This document shows positions 24,936 to 38,500 of a stretch of DNA of 64,000 nucleotides, in pieces. Every line of letters begins with the position of its first letter. Position 1 is the first letter of the stretch. The stretch is from Camelus dromedarius (lineage: Eukaryota): positions 55,492,001 through 55,556,000 of the forward strand of contig NC_087436.1 of assembly GCF_036321535.1 (NCBI RefSeq), read 5' to 3'. The notes beneath the pieces are model-generated. The model saw only the letters and a program-made list of their open reading frames with translations, did not search any database and was not told where the DNA came from. The translations under genes and the position numbers were made by a program.

Positions 24936-26855
24936 TATGATTGTTAGAGATACCAAGGCAAAATTGGAGGAACAAGGCTTGGAGGTGGCAACAAGGAAGG
25001 TGCAAGTATATCGACTAATGATCGTTTTTTGCATAAAGAGAAGGAGGTGCTAGATGAGTGAAGAAGCTACAGTGGGGAGCCATTATAGTAACTTGGATAT
25101 TTTTGTATAATTTGGGGGAGCTTGTCTTCAGTTGCCAGCTCTATGAATACTCAATATGAAGGTGTGAATCGGGTGGCAGACACTGAGAGCCAAAGCCGTG
25201 TTCTCCTCTAGTTTCTCTCATTCCTCCAGTTGTTAATCAAACTTTCTGAGCATCAGCTTAACTCCAAACATTTCTGTTATGAAAAGAGAGGCATGAAAAT
25301 ACCAAGGTCCTAGAGTAGCTTAATGAATCTGGTTTAGGATAAAGTAAGTTCTATTTTGAAATGTATGGGGAAATTATCTTTAATTCAGATGCAAGATACG
25401 TTATACTTCTTGTTTTCAGACATGGTTTTTGACCGTGTAACTGAGTAATCGAAATCTCCTTGCCTTAAATTTTGAGTCTTCAGTTTGCGTTAGCAACCTT
25501 TCACACACGTCTAGGTTGAAGTGTTCATCTTGCAGTGAACTCTGAGCTGGTTAATGTGCTTTTTCTCATCATGTTACCTTCACACTCGGCTCCAATTTAC
25601 AAATCTCACCAGTATAGGCAATTTTGCTGTCTTTTCACAAGATGACAGAATTCTTGGTTCAATGATGAAGCATGATAAACTTGCCACTAAAATAATAAAT
25701 GTGATACATGATATTAGAAGCTTTATTTTTTAAATTACAAATGCAATTTTGAGTTATTGGAAAGATGTTAAAGGAAGCAAACAGAGCACCCCCCAAATTT
25801 TAAAACTACGTTAAAAAAAAGTCAAGAAGTCAAGGAATACAACTAGAAATGGATATATGTTTAATTATTGATACTCATCACATCACATCTGCCTTCTTCA
25901 TTCCATGGGGATAATCATAACTAGAATCAACAAATATGGCAAACAATCTAATGCACGTAGAATAGACAAGTACTTACATACTTCAAAATAATTTAAATGA
26001 TATTAAATCTTTAAGTATTTATTTATTTATGCATACTAAATATGGACATTTTCCCTAAAAGATGCATATAGCAATAACCAGTAGCGGTGTCATAGAAGCT
26101 CTGACATTCTTAAAAATAAATACCCAAAGAACCTATGTCTTTACAATTGTCCATTTTTTTTTCTTCTCTTAAAAGAAAAGAAAATGAGTTCATTCTGAAA
26201 GGGTATGGGTGTGATCAGCAGAGGTGCACTGAACACAAAGCTAAAGAGGCTTTTTGAGGCCTCTGAAGAAAGCCCCTCACTTCCCAGGGCCCCTAAGAGT
26301 TGTGATTAAGCAGACAGCATTCTAGGTGAGAAGTCAACTTGCAATAAGGGTACATTGTTTCCAAAATATTTCTGATAAATTCCCTAAAGACTCCTTGGAA
26401 GGAAAAAAGGACCAGAATATACAAGCCTCCAATAGTTTAGTGTGGTTTCTTTTCTCTTCTTTTCTTTTCTTTTCTTTCTTTTTTTTTTTTTCATTTTAAG
26501 TAAGCTCACACTATGTTACCAAATCCTGTATTCACACTCTTTTCCTTTAAGTTGGAGGAGAGGGTCCCAAACAATCTGGAAGCTCGAGAACCCACCAAAA
26601 CCTGGATCTTGCCCTGGAGTTAAGCATAGCAGTGTGAAGACTTGCTCCGGTGGTGCCCCTTTACTTTGGGAAAAATCAGGCTCTAAAGGTGCAAACCTAG
26701 GTTGGTTGTTTGCATTTAGAAACGTTTTCCGGGGAAATATACATCATAGTTAGATTTTTTAGCACAGACTGTTGAAGTCTATTGAACCCATAAATAACTA
26801 GAACTCTAGTTCTCAGGGGCTAGTCTGAGGTCCCAGCGAAGAGGTGGTAGGTGCT

Positions 26856-27011
26856 GAAAAAGGAGGAGAGCGAGAAGAGGGAGGAGGAGAGAAGTGGAGG
26901 AAGCGAAGATGGGCTAGAGATGAAGGGGGATGACAGGGAGAAGGCAGAAGGAGGTTAAGGGAAGGAAAAGGAGGAAAGATGGAGGGGAGGAGGGAGAGGA
27001 GGGAGAAGGGA
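26856..27011 (+). repeat. Purine-rich (GA/GGA) low-complexity tract
   Basis: About 155 bp that are almost entirely A/G on the + strand. Confidence 0.85.
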
Positions 27012-27899
27012 TTTCCTCTCTCCTTCCCGCTCTAGGATAAGTTTTAGGCACAATTGTGAAATAGGAAAAACTATTTTTGAGACTCCCCAAAGCTAGGTCT
27101 CTGATGTTTGCTCCCTTCCAGAGTGCCTCATTTTCTAATAGTATCCTTATTCCCTGTTAAGCTAAACTCTCACCTAATGGACGTGACCCATCTATGATGT
27201 TTGAAGCATGGGCACCTGATTCTGGTAAGTGCAGAGCAATTACTTCTTCTTCCTCCCCAAGTGTATCCTCACTTTCAAAAGAGGGTATTGAATTTTTCCA
27301 TTAGATCTCTTGTCAAGGTAAAATCAGAGCGTGCGCCCATGTGCTTGGCGGCACGGCGCTGGTGATGGGAGCTGCTGGGGGACAACGTGGACACACTTCG
27401 AGCAGAAGGAGTGCCCAGGCAGACCAGGGTTGCCAAGAGATTGTGCCAGGTCACTTTGTCTAAATTGCTTCTTCTTTCTGGAGCTTCTTAGCTCCCTTCT
27501 CTTCTAAATAGATGGATTATCTAGTGCTGCAAGTTTGAAAGTGGCAGTTGTTTTTCTACAAAGATTGTGTGTGTCAGGTACTTCCAGCAGTCACCTCCGT
27601 GCATTTCAGGGCAATCTCTTCATACATGGCTTCTTTAAAATCTAAGTTTCAGTTCAGTTCTTTCAGACAAAACCACATACTGAAGGGACGGCTCAGTCAC
27701 TGCTTTCTTCTGCCATAATTACCTTGGTACCCTCGTGGAGCAGCAAGGATTCTATGTATTTTAAAGTTGTGTACAAAGAAAGGGAGAGTAGCTGAATCTG
27801 CATGAATTTTTCACTCATATACCTTTTCTTCAATATGATACTATCTTAACTTCCTTTTCCTAAAATTTTGGATTATTTTCTCTTTTATTACTAAAGATA

Positions 27900-28472
27900 A
27901 AAGAATTCACTTTTTTCTCTTTTCTTTCACTGAAGTGTAGTTGATTTATAATATTGTATTAGTTTCAGGTGTACAACAAAGTGATTTGGTTATACATATA
28001 TGTATATATCTATATTATTTTTTCTATTCTTTTTTTATTATAGTTTATTCAAGGTATTAAACATAGTTCCCTGTGCTATACAGTAAATCCTTGTTGTATA
28101 TCTATTTTATATATAGTGGTGTGTGTCTGTTAATCCTACACTTCCAGTTTATCCCTCCCCTCCCTGTCCCCTTTGGTAACTATAAGTTTGTTTTCTATAT
28201 CTGTGAGTCTGTTACTATTTTGTAAATAAATTCATTTGGACTATTTTTTAGATTCCATGTATAAGTGATATCATATATTTGTCTTTCTCTTTCTGACCTA
28301 CTTCACTTGGTATGATAATCTCTAGGTCCATCCATGTTGCTAAAGATGACATTATTTAGTTATTTTGTATGGCTGAGTAATATTCCACTGTATATATGCA
28401 CAATTTACAGTAGCTAAGACATGGAAGCAACCTAGGTGTCCATGGATAGATGAATGGATAAAGAATTCACTT
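27900..28472 (-). mobile_element. Short cetartiodactyl-type L1 with 5' inversion and 13-bp TSD
   Basis: Antisense L1 3' end (tgaagtgtagttgatttata...) to ~28400, then a sense piece (agtagctaagacatggaagcaacctaggtgtccat...gaatggataaagaa). TSD aaagaattcactt at 27900-27912 and 28460-28472. Confidence 0.92.
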
Positions 28473-29679
28473 GTCTCCTTGCTTTGTCAACTAAAAAAAA
28501 ATTCTACCTGTGTATTACCAAACAGCACTGAACCACTCAGTCTCAAGATACCTTCCTTACCCAAATTCAGGCCATCTAAAAGGCCAAAGGAGGTATATAT
28601 ACTCTGATAACAAGGTGTTCTATGTGGGGAAGAGAAGCCAGCAGCGGTTGTAATTTTCCTTTGTTCATAAAGTTAAATTGCAGCAAACTGAATTTCCCTG
28701 ACTTTCTTTCCATTTCCTTACACAGGTTGTCATCAGATTAGAGACAAAGTGAAACTACTTAGTTCATTTAATGAAATTAAACCTAATAGGAGCTTTGTTT
28801 AATTATCTAAGAGCAGGGTCCGTCAGAGATGGGTGCTGAGAAAGTGATGGATCCAGTGAAAGCATTTCACTCCAGTACTAACCTGCCAGCTATAGTTTTC
28901 TTTGTGTGCATATTAATTGTAATGGGGAAACTGTATGTATCACTTAGATGGATCCTTTATAATTCAAGCCTTCTTTACATAGAGTGCAAAATGTATGCTT
29001 AGTTTTTCCAGTAACACTTGGGGAAATGCCTTGTAAATGGGTGTATAAATTTGCTTAATTAATCAAACAAAGGGAAAAGCTTTTAGAGAGCAAAATCATG
29101 ACGGGAACTTAAAAGAAGGAAATTAAAAAGATAAAGCTTATTACTGCCTAGTAATTTCAATTTATGCTGTAAATAAAATAGGTTTAAAAGCAAAGCTAGT
29201 GCAAATATGCCTCTATAGCGGTTCTCCAGGATACTTGGCCAGAGCCCAAGAATTACCAGTGGGCTCTGAGTCAATACTGCTTTCTGAGTGTCCTTGGACT
29301 ATTGAATTTATTAAGTGGTTTATGTGAAGTGAGGACATTCTCTAGGTAACCTTGCCTATACTCCACATGTGCTCTCTAAGTCACTAGCTAGGTGCAAAAG
29401 GTGAATTCTGATAAACAAGAGTTTTCATGTTGATCCTGGAAATGACACTACTCTACAGTTAAAATTGACTTTAAAAGTCATAGTGATTTGAGGATTATTA
29501 TAAGTTATTCATAGAAACATATACTTTGAAAGTTTGTTCTTTATTTCCAAGTACTTTGAGCAAACTATTAGAGAAACTAACTTCAATTAAAGTCCTTGGT
29601 TTATGGCAAATGGGCCATGTTACCTGAAGTTCTGGTGGTTGACAGCAATAGTCTGTCCCTTTGTCTTAAAAGGGGTCTG

Positions 29680-29805
29680 TGGGCCAAGGATGTGTGTATT
29701 ACTAGGGGCCTTTTTACAAATGCATAGGCTTGCGTCCCACCCCAGAGCTACTGAATCAAAATCTACATTTTAACAAGATCCCATGTTTGAGGACAACCAT
29801 TCTAC
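29680..29805. mobile_element. MER5A-like fragment
   Basis: aaatgcataggc...cccaccccagagctactgaatcaaaatctacattttaacaagatccc...gtttgagga. Confidence 0.75.
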
Positions 29806-30324
29806 CTAATGTGGGTTTGTGAAACAGAGTTCATTCTTATTCCCCAGGGGATTTGTATTTGTACTTGGCACTGTATTGGTTCATAATTTTATAGCAGTAG
29901 ATGTGCCACCATTTTTTAAATGTTTGGAGAGATTTATTTATCCTTTCTTCTAATATTTATAATAATAATTTAAAATAATTCAGAATAGGCAAATAAATTG
30001 AGAAGCTATTTGAGCCATGGAGATGAAGAACTCTAAATTGGTCTCATTTTGGGTAAAGCATGAACTTAAATATTATCCAAGTTCTGAGGGTATAGGACAA
30101 ATCAAATACTTGCCCTTTTTGCAAATAGTTCCCTCCCACTTGGAAAAGAAAATTTTTCACCATTTTCAAGTTTCCGTATAGTTTACAGTTTACTATTTTG
30201 TAATAGAAAATGATTTTGTTCTTACTATATACGATGATTTGATTCCATGATTTAATTATCATTACATTTCTAATCTAGCATTTGTCTAACAGTTGTAAAA
30301 ACCAAAATATGGTATACAATCTAA

Positions 30325-30575
30325 ATGACTAACATTTATTGAGGACTTCTCTATATGCCAGGAATTCTTCTAAGTATTTTATGTATATTAACTCATTTAA
30401 TACACACAATAACCCTATAAAATAAGTACTATTTTGGACCCATTTTATACTTTTAGAAACTGAAGCACAGAAATGTTAAGTGACTTACCCAAAGTCACAC
30501 AGCAAGCTTGTAATGGAGCTGAAATTCACATGTGAGTAGGCTTCCTTCAGAGACTACTTGCTTAAAAACTAATAC
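30325..30575 (-). mobile_element. MIR SINE
   Basis: aacatttattgagg...tatgccagg...ctcatttaat...gaaactgaagcacaga...aagtgacttacccaaagtcacacagc. Confidence 0.9.
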
Positions 30576-31964
30576 ACCCTCAACAGTCTAAATGCCCAAG
30601 AACTGGAGGCTCTGGGGAAGGGGGAATGTTGGGTTGGAGAACCCAGTCCCTTGTGTCTGTAAGACTCATGCCTTTGCTTTCTTGCTGCCTAACACACAGA
30701 CATTGCTCTCAGCTTCTGCAAGCTGCTCTCAGGTCCTCTCCACAGAGCTGTTAGGTTGGCATGCCAAATCCTAAGAAAACGGGCTTACTGCTCACACATG
30801 GAGGGAGTTAAAACGCTGTTTCTGGGGAGGGGGCTAAGCAACAGAGAGAGCTACCATATCTGTCAAGTTACTGGCTGTTTCATCCGATTGCCAGAGTCAC
30901 AGGCACAATAGCTGGAGGCTAGGCAGGTGTATTGCTCTTTTAGAAACAGATGGTGGAACTCACGAGAGATCTGAGAGGGAGGGAAAAGAGAAACTTGAAC
31001 AGAGGAAGAGATTTCTATCACATGAGTGATCTTATATATAATAGCAGATATAAAATCACCAGTGCAATCTTTGATCCTCTATAACCTTTCTAAAAGTGAT
31101 ATGGCGTTCATTAATAAAATGTTCACTGTATGATCATTTAGCCAATGTTTTTCATATCAAATTTTGAAAATTTTTATACACTTTTACTGTACAGTCACAT
31201 CTAAAAATGATATCATATAACAATTATTCAAGAGATTGTTAATTTACTGTCTGAATTTATATATCATAATTGAGGGTATTGAATGACTGGTGAATACAAA
31301 TATATTTGTTCAATTAAATGACCACTCTTATGTTATAAATTTAGTTTTATAGTAAAATACATCATCAGGAAAGCAAAGTTGGAGACTGCAATCTTAATTC
31401 TGTCTAGGAGGGTTGCTTATTGCTGTGTTGGAAGGGATATTAAATTTTCTTTAGAATTTATCTGCAATTGGTGTTGTAAAATGATGAGATCAGAGACAGA
31501 TATTAACGTGGCAGATACCTTAACCACAAAAAGGCAAATGTCTCATGGCAATACATTAAAAAAAAACAAACCCACGCATTTGTTTGTTGAAGAGGTCTTG
31601 CCCTCTGTAAATAAAGATACTGCTACTGGTCAACTTGAAAAACATTTCCCCCAAATGGGAACAGGTGTTGAAACACTCACAATGTCTGGCATAACCCCCC
31701 TTGCAAGAACTGCCTAGTGTTAAGTGCTTAGGCTGCAGTCACGGAAAAGAGTAAAATAAATCATGATCAAACACATAGTCATGGACTCATAGACACAGAT
31801 TTCTTAATCTATGAGCTAATTAGCTCATCTTTATTGATGCATGATAGTTTCATTTTTACCTAATATTATCATCAATTGATTAGACAAAAAAAAATCTATA
31901 ATCAATTCAGAAGTCATTGAAGAGTGTATAGATAGAGGGTTTTTCTAGTATTTTGGAAAGAGTA

Positions 31965-32100
31965 CCGTTCTCTGCTATAGACTCTCAGCCCTATGAAGGC
32001 AGAGAGCATACCTGGCTTAATTCATATCTATAACCTACTGGGACACCACATGGTGTTTAGCACATGGTAACAACCACTCTCCATTTATTTAGTTAATTTT
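31965..32100 (+). mobile_element. L2 3' end fragment
   Basis: tagact...ctatgaaggcagaga...tggtgtttagcacatggta. Confidence 0.5.
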
Positions 32101-33214
32101 AGGTCATCACAGAAAATTGTGAAAGTAAAGAGTAATTGGTAGATAGCATCATTATGAAACATCTAAAGTAGAAAACATCTAAAAGAAGCAATTTTCCTTA
32201 TTTTCCTGTCTTTAGAGAGTATCATACTTAAAAATCTAATAGGAGAAGAAAAATTATATGTAAAAGTCACAATTAGACCTATTTAACATGGCCAAGCAAA
32301 ATAACGTTAATAGTTGGTTCAGTTGAACAGTTAAACACAATTCTGCAATGTGACTGTAAAAATAAGAATACCATTTGGAACAACTAGTATTTCAATAAAA
32401 TTAGCTTGTTCATTACAAATTCAGTCTTGCTTCCCTCCAAGTATCAAAGTTTAGCAATATGTCATACATGGGCTATTTCTTAACTAGTAGTATTAGCATT
32501 ATTCTTAGAAAAGGAAAAGGGAAAGTCATTCTAAGTGTATAAATATGATACATTATATAAACTTTAAAATTTGAAAGTAAATTTGGAGAAGCAAAAGACT
32601 CAGAAGAAACTATTTAATTTCATCAGATGTCATAAAATATTATCTGAATACATGGAAAGCCCATGTATCTCTCTCATGTGAAAGAATTTGTTGCCATATA
32701 ATTACCAGCTCTCCAAAAGATTGTGTATATGCAAATCCAACTGGAAACTCAAAAGTGGCATTAGGGGACAATCACATTTTGTCATGTTTTTCAATGTATT
32801 AGTATATTTCCTATTTTAAATAGCAAATACTATCTGAGACTAGCCACAAAATTTTAAGAGACGAAGAAAAAAAGTATATGGTGGTAGAACATAGTGTAAA
32901 GACATTGTAATCAAATGAACAGGATTTTGGTAGACGTAAAACAAACGGTGCTGACAGTAAGTCACTATCCATCTAAAAGAATATAAAATTGAATCCCTAT
33001 CTTAACTTGTATTATAGTTTCTTAATGGTAATCAAAATCTATTATTAATTTTTAATTATGTTCTTTGCATTTAATTTAGTAGTATGCACAAATATAATAT
33101 CTGCTTAACAAATACATATTGATTTGTTTAAATTATAAAAATTGAAAATAATATAGTATCTACCAATAACTTAACTTGTAGAAGATCTCAGCAGTAGTAA
33201 TAAACAGCAATAAT

Positions 33215-33460
33215 GGTAATGTTAGCACCTAACACCTACAAAAGGCTCCCTTTTAACAAGGTACAATGCGAGAATTCTGTGGGTATCACCTTATTGATTC
33301 CTCACAGTAACCCCATGAGGAAGATTCTGAGATTCTCTACATTTCATAGAGCAGGAATTTGAGGACTGGAGTGGTCAAGTCATGTACCCAAGGTCACTTA
33401 CATGGGAAGAAATGGAGCCCAGATTTGAATACAGACAGTCTGACTCCAGGAGCCTCATCT
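33215..33460 (-). mobile_element. MIR SINE
   Basis: tcctcacagtaaccccatgagg...aagtcatgtacccaaggtcac...ggagcccagatttgaa...cagtctgactccagg. Confidence 0.8.
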
Positions 33461-34125
33461 CAAACTGTAAAATGCATATATATGAATATTTATTTCACTC
33501 TCCCACTTTTCATGACTATGCTACTGTTAGAGATAATCTAAAATGTATATACATAAAAGGCTTGTAAAAGAGGTAATGATAAAAATAACTTAATTCCAAG
33601 GAAGACAAAAAAAGAAAGACCAGTTAAAATTTTGCAAGAATTTCTTGAATGAGAATCATTTTATTATTTAGTCCTTTACTTATTCTATTTATGTTATTTG
33701 TTATTTTACTTACTATTTTAATGCTACTGAAATCCTTTGGATGCAAATAAGAAGAAGACATATTTATCAGGGAGGTATATTACTTAAGTATGATGATTAA
33801 ATATTACTGTTCCCTATAAAAACATTCCAAGTGATCCACCACAATTTATTCTTTACTCAAATTGTAAGAAAAAAAGACTTGAAGCATCAATAATGGCGTG
33901 TACCAGGGGCTGACTTTGAGATGTTGGCAACCAAACACGTGATAACGAATGGGTATATGCTTCTCATAGAGAATCTTCCATATTACAGTCAGTACAGTAA
34001 GAAATAAGATTTCTATTCTTTTATAGAAATAAACCCAAAAAATTAACTGATTGAGATATAGCTTAGAGTTTTAACTAGAATTGAGAGGAAAAATTCCTAC
34101 AGTCTTAGGAAAAACTGGTGTTTTT

Positions 34126-34497
34126 GTCGTCATAGTAATGAGTAGCCCTCAGAACCAGTTTATAACCCATTCACTTGATTGACAACAACTTGCAAACTGA
34201 CTAATAAGAAAGTCCTTTCATTCTGAAATTCAGCTACTCAGGGACTAGGCACACCACTTCACACACCTCTGAGGCCAACCAGTCAGTAACAGTCTCACCC
34301 AGTTTTCAACCCACTTCTACCCCTGAACTCCACTGATTCCTGAACTCCACCCTTCCCCCAAAATATTATATATAATTTGCAGTCACCTCTGCTCAAATAG
34401 GCTGTGCCTGATCTGCATGGCGCTCCCTTCCCGGTGTGCAGAGTAAATGCAAGTCTGTCTTTCAGTTGATATGATTGGTCTCATGAGCCTTTGAGAG
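34126..34497 (+). mobile_element. Probable degenerate solo LTR (family unassigned)
   Basis: C-rich U3-like part, a TATA run (tatatataa near 34367), a degenerate poly(A) signal (agtaaa) and an LTR-like ending (...gcctttgaga). Boundaries uncertain. Confidence 0.4.
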
Positions 34498-34629
34498 AAT
34501 CCTCCAACTAAGGGTCTTATAAAATTATTTTAAAATAATTGACAATTATTATGGATAAGAGGGCCTTAGTGAATGCAGTTGGCACTTGCCATCCTTTTTA
34601 GATGTGGGTTTGTAAGATAAACGTAGCAG

Positions 34630-34890
34630 CATGGAAACGTAGCAGTGATTGAGGAGAGGAGACTCTAGTCAGACACACCTAGGTGTTTTTAATCCTGGAT
34701 CTATAATTTACTAGCTAGGTGACATCATTGGATCTCTGAAGTTTTAGTTTTCATACATGCAGAACGGGGTTAATAAGAGAATTATCCTATAGGGCTTGCA
34801 TAAAAACAAATGAAGCAGTTTGTCTAAAACATAGAGATTAGTCCCTAGCATGTTGCAAATATGCAGTAATACCAGTGTTTTATTATTGTA
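34630..34890 (+). mobile_element. MIR SINE
   Basis: gactctagtcagacacacctagg...aatcctgg...ttactagct...ctctgaagttttagttttcatac...taataa. Confidence 0.75.
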
Positions 34891-35524
34891 TTTCTTATTA
34901 AATATGTTTTCACATTTAATCCAGATTTACCAGTGATAACTTTTAAATATATTTAATTATGGCAAATAAGGTTTTAGAAGGAATACAAGTACTTTACAAC
35001 TTTTACAGGGCAAGAATTTGATAATATTCTACCTTTTCATTTTTTTTTTTTTAGTTTAAGAAAATGATATGTGCTAGAAAATAACTGTTGATAGTTACAT
35101 GTAGCAGACATGCTGCAAAATAACCTCAAGATATTTAGAGACAGTTATTTATTTTCTCCAGTAACTGATGATCAACAACTAAAAACCTTCAAATATTGGC
35201 TTAAATTTGCAGTACATTCTTTATAGCTCAGAGTAGTCTTTTGTGTTTTGGAAGCATATGTTCTCCTTAACTGTCTGATTTCCCTGTTGATGATGCTTCT
35301 TTTCCCCCAAGATAATTTAAACATACAGATCTTTCTTTCTTTATTTGCTCTAATTTCAAATATATATCTCCCATAACGCATAAAAACAAAACCCAGACAT
35401 GTTGAACCTGAGTGAAATAAATGCAATGAGATTGTCAGAATGAATTTGTCTATGTGAAAATCACATAAGACAATGGGCCTGTGGGACTTGGGAGGAGGTG
35501 GTGTGAGGGGAGTAGAGGGCATGG

Positions 35525-35592
35525 GGGCATGGTGCCTGTGACAACGTAGGCGCTCAATAAGTAGCTGTTGAGTGAATGAATGTATGAATTAA
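35525..35592 (+). mobile_element. L2 terminal fragment
   Basis: gcatggtgcctg...gtaggcgctcaataagtagctgttgagtgaatgaat. Confidence 0.75.
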
Positions 35593-38500
35593 CATGAACT
35601 AGCAAATCAGGAAAGCCATGATTCAAAGAGCCCTTGTAGATTTCTTGTTGGTTCACTGCCAAGGCTCCTTGACACAGAACTTTCTTCTGTAGAGGTGTTT
35701 TCTTGAATCATTTCTTTCCATTAGCTCTTCTCCTTTCTATTCTTATTAGTTTAAAACCCAGTGACACAACATATCCTTTTATATTGAATTATCTGATTTT
35801 ACTAGCCAACTATCAAGGACACAGAGTAACTCTTCAGGCTGTATGACCTCAAGTTGTCTTCTATAAAGAAGAAAATTGGTTCACATTTTCCTTGTACTCA
35901 GTGGAAGTTCAATAAATGGAAGTGATATGTTTATTGGATTAATAATCAGAGATACATGAAATTATTTAAATTATCAGACAGGCAATCCAACATGGTCAAG
36001 GAATTTCTGGACATAGGGTCAGATAACTTATTTTCCAACTAGATTTTGCAATTAATTAGCTAACAGAATAACTCTTTCAAATTATCTGTCAAATTCAGTA
36101 TCTTTAAGAGTGTTTTCCACTGGGAATATACAAAATGGTCCAATTGAGTCCAGAAGGAAAAAAGTAAACTTTTCTTTTATAATTATTTTATTAAAACTAA
36201 AAGAAAGAAATTATGCTGGACAATCATACATGCATGTAATAAAGGACCATATATATATATGGTATGTATGTATACCATATGTATATATGGTAAAAGTGCA
36301 ATAATATTCTGCAGAACAGAGAGAGCCTTGAGGACTTGTTTTAGATAATGTCTAGGATGACTCCTTATAACTCTCCCTTTTTAATTTTGTTATTTTATTC
36401 CCATTGCCAACATGAATATTATTTTAGTAATATATTATTTTATTAAAATAACTCATGCCTCTTAGAAACTCCAGGCAAAAACCTTATAAATTTAACCTCA
36501 GAGTGAAAACCTTAAATGACAAAGTTCTGGTCACAGTGATTTCATATAATTGCATATTTTTGCAAAGACTAAGAGTGTTCGTTAAATATAATTTGAAGAC
36601 TTGCTTCCATGAACCTTTTTTATTGATGCATCTGATAATAAGAGACAATTTAAATTATAACCTTAACCTTAGCCTTTACAGAATTGTACTGGAGAAATCA
36701 TTTGAGAACTTTAAAGACTTTACCACATGTGTTAACTCATTAAGTAACTTAACATTTCCACTGAATTTACACAAATTAAATATCACAAATATCTGAAAAT
36801 CTTTCAAAATAGGACAAATGATTCCATCTAAAATTAGTTTGACCCTAAGAATTGTGTAGATGAACACTGTTGTAATGTTTAGAACTTTTGAAAAATAACT
36901 GAGTTCTACATATGAGGTCAGTAAAGAGTGGTTTAGTATATCAATAAAATATTAAATACCTCTTAACTCTTTAGCAAATTTACCAGAGTCCTTCACTTGA
37001 TAATCACACAGTGATTAACTGTGTTTTCAGAGACTATAAAATAAAGGGAGGAGATGAAATTTAAGGAAAAAATACTATCCAGAGAAAGGAGAATAAAAGG
37101 AAGAAGAATGGGGAAAAATAAGGAGAGAAAGTGGGTACAAACCCTGCACTAATTGCTTTTGGTTGTCAATTTTTAAACGTCTTTCCCTGTACAGGTAACA
37201 ACAGCTGAGGAGTAGGCAGCTCTCATTCCTTACAGCTGCTTTTTGGACAACAGAATATTCTGACTATTCTTTTCTTAATAGTAGTGTGATAACAACTCTA
37301 GATTTTTTTGTGGCGGGAGAGTTCTTTCTGCTCTCAATCTATCTCACTTGTAGTAATACATTAATTAAATGAACTGTGGGATTTCTTTCTTGCTTCAGAA
37401 ATTACATTGGAATAAATGGAGTGCTAAAAGGATGTTACCACATACTTTGTCATTTTACATTTAGCTCCTAAGAAGATTAACTATGCTTCTTTAATTGCTC
37501 AGAATTAGAAAGCAGGTTCCAGTTAATACCTAATGGAGAAAAGAAGGGGAAGGATTGAGGGCAAGCGACTAAGTGTGATGAGTCACTGAGCTTAACAGAA
37601 CAGACTGTAGAATAGTGATTTATGCATCTAATGGAGTAAAGCAACATCAAAAAATATTTCTTCAACAAAATCCCATGTCCTAGGGCACTGGCTCAACACA
37701 CACACATGCATACACACAATCAACAAGAAAATTACAGACCACCTCCCCCTTCAAATAAGGACAGCTCTTCAAGAGAAGTAATGTCTTTCTATAAATATCA
37801 ATTCTGTGCACATAGAAAGCTTAGTTTTCTTTGAAAGCACTCCTAAGTATTGCGCCTGCAATAAAGTAGAAGGAATTTTGAGTTACTAACTTTACAGTGG
37901 ATGTCGCAGCAGGGAGGGGAAATCTCCACTGAATTTTCACAACTGTAACCATGCTCAGAAATTCTTCCGTAAACAACATCAGCATTTGAGGACATCCTTG
38001 CTCCCATGCTTTCAAAATTACATATTATTTTACAGCTTAGGGCTTTGCATGGTGTGTGATTTGGTGCAAGACAAGGAGTGTGTGGGGGGGTAATAAAACA
38101 GTGGTCTGCCTTCTGTGTGTGATTTATTAAATGTGATGCCAGAATTTATATAGTAATCAAACCTTAAGCTTGGATTTAAAATTTGTCACCTGGCAAACAT
38201 GATGCTCAGCTCAGCGGATGATGGGAAAGAGAAAGTGTATTCATTTTACGTGCCCCCAAATCACATGGAATCATTATAACAGCAGTAAGTGTTATCTGGA
38301 TAGTACTTTGCAGTGTAAGAGGTGCTTTCTCTGATACTAATGGGTAGTATAGCTGGAGAACGTACCCCCACCCTTAGCAAAACAGTGCAGAAAAGGATAT
38401 CACTAAATCAGCCTAAGAAACATTACAGCTTTGAAGGCATAGAGATGAATTTATAAGGACATTTTATTTCTCCTTGATTCTAGGATAAAGAATATTGTTT

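Noticed and set aside
31681..35407. Other minus-strand exon-like segments (31732-31681, 52 nt; 35407-35327, 81 nt)
   Set aside because: Plausible splice sites but no recognisable peptide or other support; such pseudo-exons are frequent in AT-rich DNA.
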